A DNA stretch of 64,000 nt, from assembly GCA_905478465.1 (NCBI GenBank), contig CAJQIN010000012.1:32890-96889 (forward strand), in the 5' to 3' direction. The notes beneath the pieces are model-generated. The model was not told where the DNA came from and did not search any database. It saw only the letters and a program-made list of their open reading frames with translations. Below, in pieces: positions 63,001-64,000 of the stretch; positions within the stretch are counted from its first letter, which is position 1; the number at the start of each line of letters is the position of its first letter. The position numbers were made by a program, and so were the translations under genes. The DNA is from Minisyncoccota bacterium (GTDB lineage Bacteria > Patescibacteriota > Minisyncoccia > Phycocordibacterales > CAJQIN01).

Positions 63001-64000
63001 ATGGACGAAAAATTCAATAAACCGTACGACCCAAAGACAACTGAAGAAAATATCTACTCAATCTGGCAAGAATCTGGTTTTTTTAACCCTGACAATCTAC
63101 CCCCAAGACATCAGAAACCTTTTACCATTGTAATGCCACCACCAAATGCCAATGGGAATCTACACACGGGGCATGCTCTTTTTATCACCCTTGAAGACAT
63201 AATGACTCGCTTTAAGCGTATGAATGGATTTAAAGCTCTTTGGATACCTGGAGCAGATCATGCTGGTTTTGAAACTCAAATTGTATACGAGAAAAAACTC
63301 GAAAAAGAAGGACGATCTCGTTTTAAAATGGATCCACAAGATCTATATAAAGAAATATATGACTTCACTATTGAAAACAAGACAAATATGGAAAACCAAG
63401 TTCGTAGACTTGGCGCATCTTGTGACTGGTCTAGAGAAAAATTTACCCTTGATCCTGGTGTTATAAAAAATGTTCAAAAAACATTCGCTAAAATGTACGA
63501 AGATGGTCTAACCTATCGAGGAAATAGAATGGTGAACTGGTGTACAAAACATCAAACATCTCTTTCTGAAGTAGAAACTGAAACACAAGAAAAGGTAGAT
63601 AAACTATATTATATAAAATATGGACCAGTAACAGTGGCGACCGTACGTCCTGAAACAATTTTTGGAGATGTGGCAGTAGCCGTTAATCCAAATGACGACC
63701 GCTATAAGCATCTAATAAACACAGAAATATCTGTTACTACACCTATCGGTGAAATGCTCCTAAAAGTTATCGGTGATGAATCCGTAGAAACAGATTTTGG
63801 TACCGGCGCACTCAAAATAACTCCAGCACATGACAAAAATGACTTTGAAATGGCCCTCAGGCATAACCTTCCATCTGTTGAAATCATTAACCAGTACGGA
63901 AAACTTAATGAAAAAACAGGAAAATATGCTGGACTAAAAATTAACATTGCTCGTGATGAAGTTGTAAAAGACCTTGAATTAATGGGACTCCTTGAAAAGA
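63001..64000 (+). CDS. valS: Valyl-tRNA synthetase, N-terminal part. It continues past the window end.
   Basis: My own translation gives MDEKFNKPYDPKTTEENIYSIWQESGFF ... PPPNANGNLHTGHALF ... DWSREKFTLDPG ... NWCTKHQTSLSEVE. This ORF is not in the track because it has no stop inside the window. Confidence 0.88.
   Translation, partial: MDEKFNKPYDPKTTEENIYSIWQESGFFNPDNLPPRHQKPFTIVMPPPNANGNLHTGHALFITLEDIMTRFKRMNGFKALWIPGADHAGFETQIVYEKKLEKEGRSRFKMDPQDLYKEIYDFTIENKTNMENQVRRLGASCDWSREKFTLDPGVIKNVQKTFAKMYEDGLTYRGNRMVNWCTKHQTSLSEVETETQEKVDKLYYIKYGPVTVATVRPETIFGDVAVAVNPNDDRYKHLINTEISVTTPIGEMLLKVIGDESVETDFGTGALKITPAHDKNDFEMALRHNLPSVEIINQYGKLNEKTGKYAGLKINIARDEVVKDLELMGLLEK

Noticed and set aside
63224-63947. 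ORFs 63224-63466 (+) and 63702-63947 (-)
   Set aside because: Both lie inside the valS reading frame, which has no stop within the window. One is off-frame and the other is antisense.
1-64000. CRISPR array or cas genes
   Set aside because: The only large exact repeat is the 2.9-kb gene duplication, and that carries no short regularly spaced repeats. I saw no short regularly spaced direct repeats and no Cas-like ORFs.

Overview
This 64-kb window is AT-rich and almost every gene lies on the minus strand. Its content is that of a reduced bacterial genome, which I judge to be most like a CPR/Parcubacteria-type organism. That taxonomic call is inference, not a measurement.

The housekeeping backbone on the minus strand includes:
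- the ribosomal alpha-operon block infA-rpmJ-rpsM-rpsK-rpsD-rpoA-rplQ, plus rplM-rpsI;
- alaS, leuS and the start of valS;
- uvrA, uvrB and uvrC;
- ychF, typA, tgt, mnmA, mltG, ddl, msrA and pyrD;
- an oxidative pentose-phosphate operon (zwf-gnd-pgl-pgi-glk);
- a minimal two-component pair (histidine kinase plus receiver-only regulator) between uvrB and uvrA;
- a Fur/Zur-family regulator divergent from a ZIP metal transporter;
- a sigma-28-like sigma factor;
- one tRNA-Ala(UGC).

The observations most worth a second look:
- A 2,943-bp perfectly identical direct repeat. Its edges coincide with the start and stop codons of a 977-aa secreted, two-ectodomain surface protein gene. The two copies sit 25.3 kb apart and each has a different upstream region.
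- A leucyl-tRNA synthetase carrying an inserted, canonical Nudix hydrolase domain.
- An ATP-cone domain fused to a Mrr-type PD-(D/E)xK nuclease.
- A 17-bp identical near-palindromic motif in both the fur/ZIP intergenic region and upstream of a grpE-like gene.
- A ribosomal protein L36 in which all four zinc ligands are replaced.
- A secreted protein with a peptidoglycan-binding domain followed by poly-acidic repeats.
- A sigma-70 region-4 plus HARE-HTH fusion protein.
- A lone plus-strand gene for a small Cys/His-rich protein between uvrC and uvrA, with a consensus promoter and an upstream palindrome.

I found no CRISPR array, transposase or integrase.
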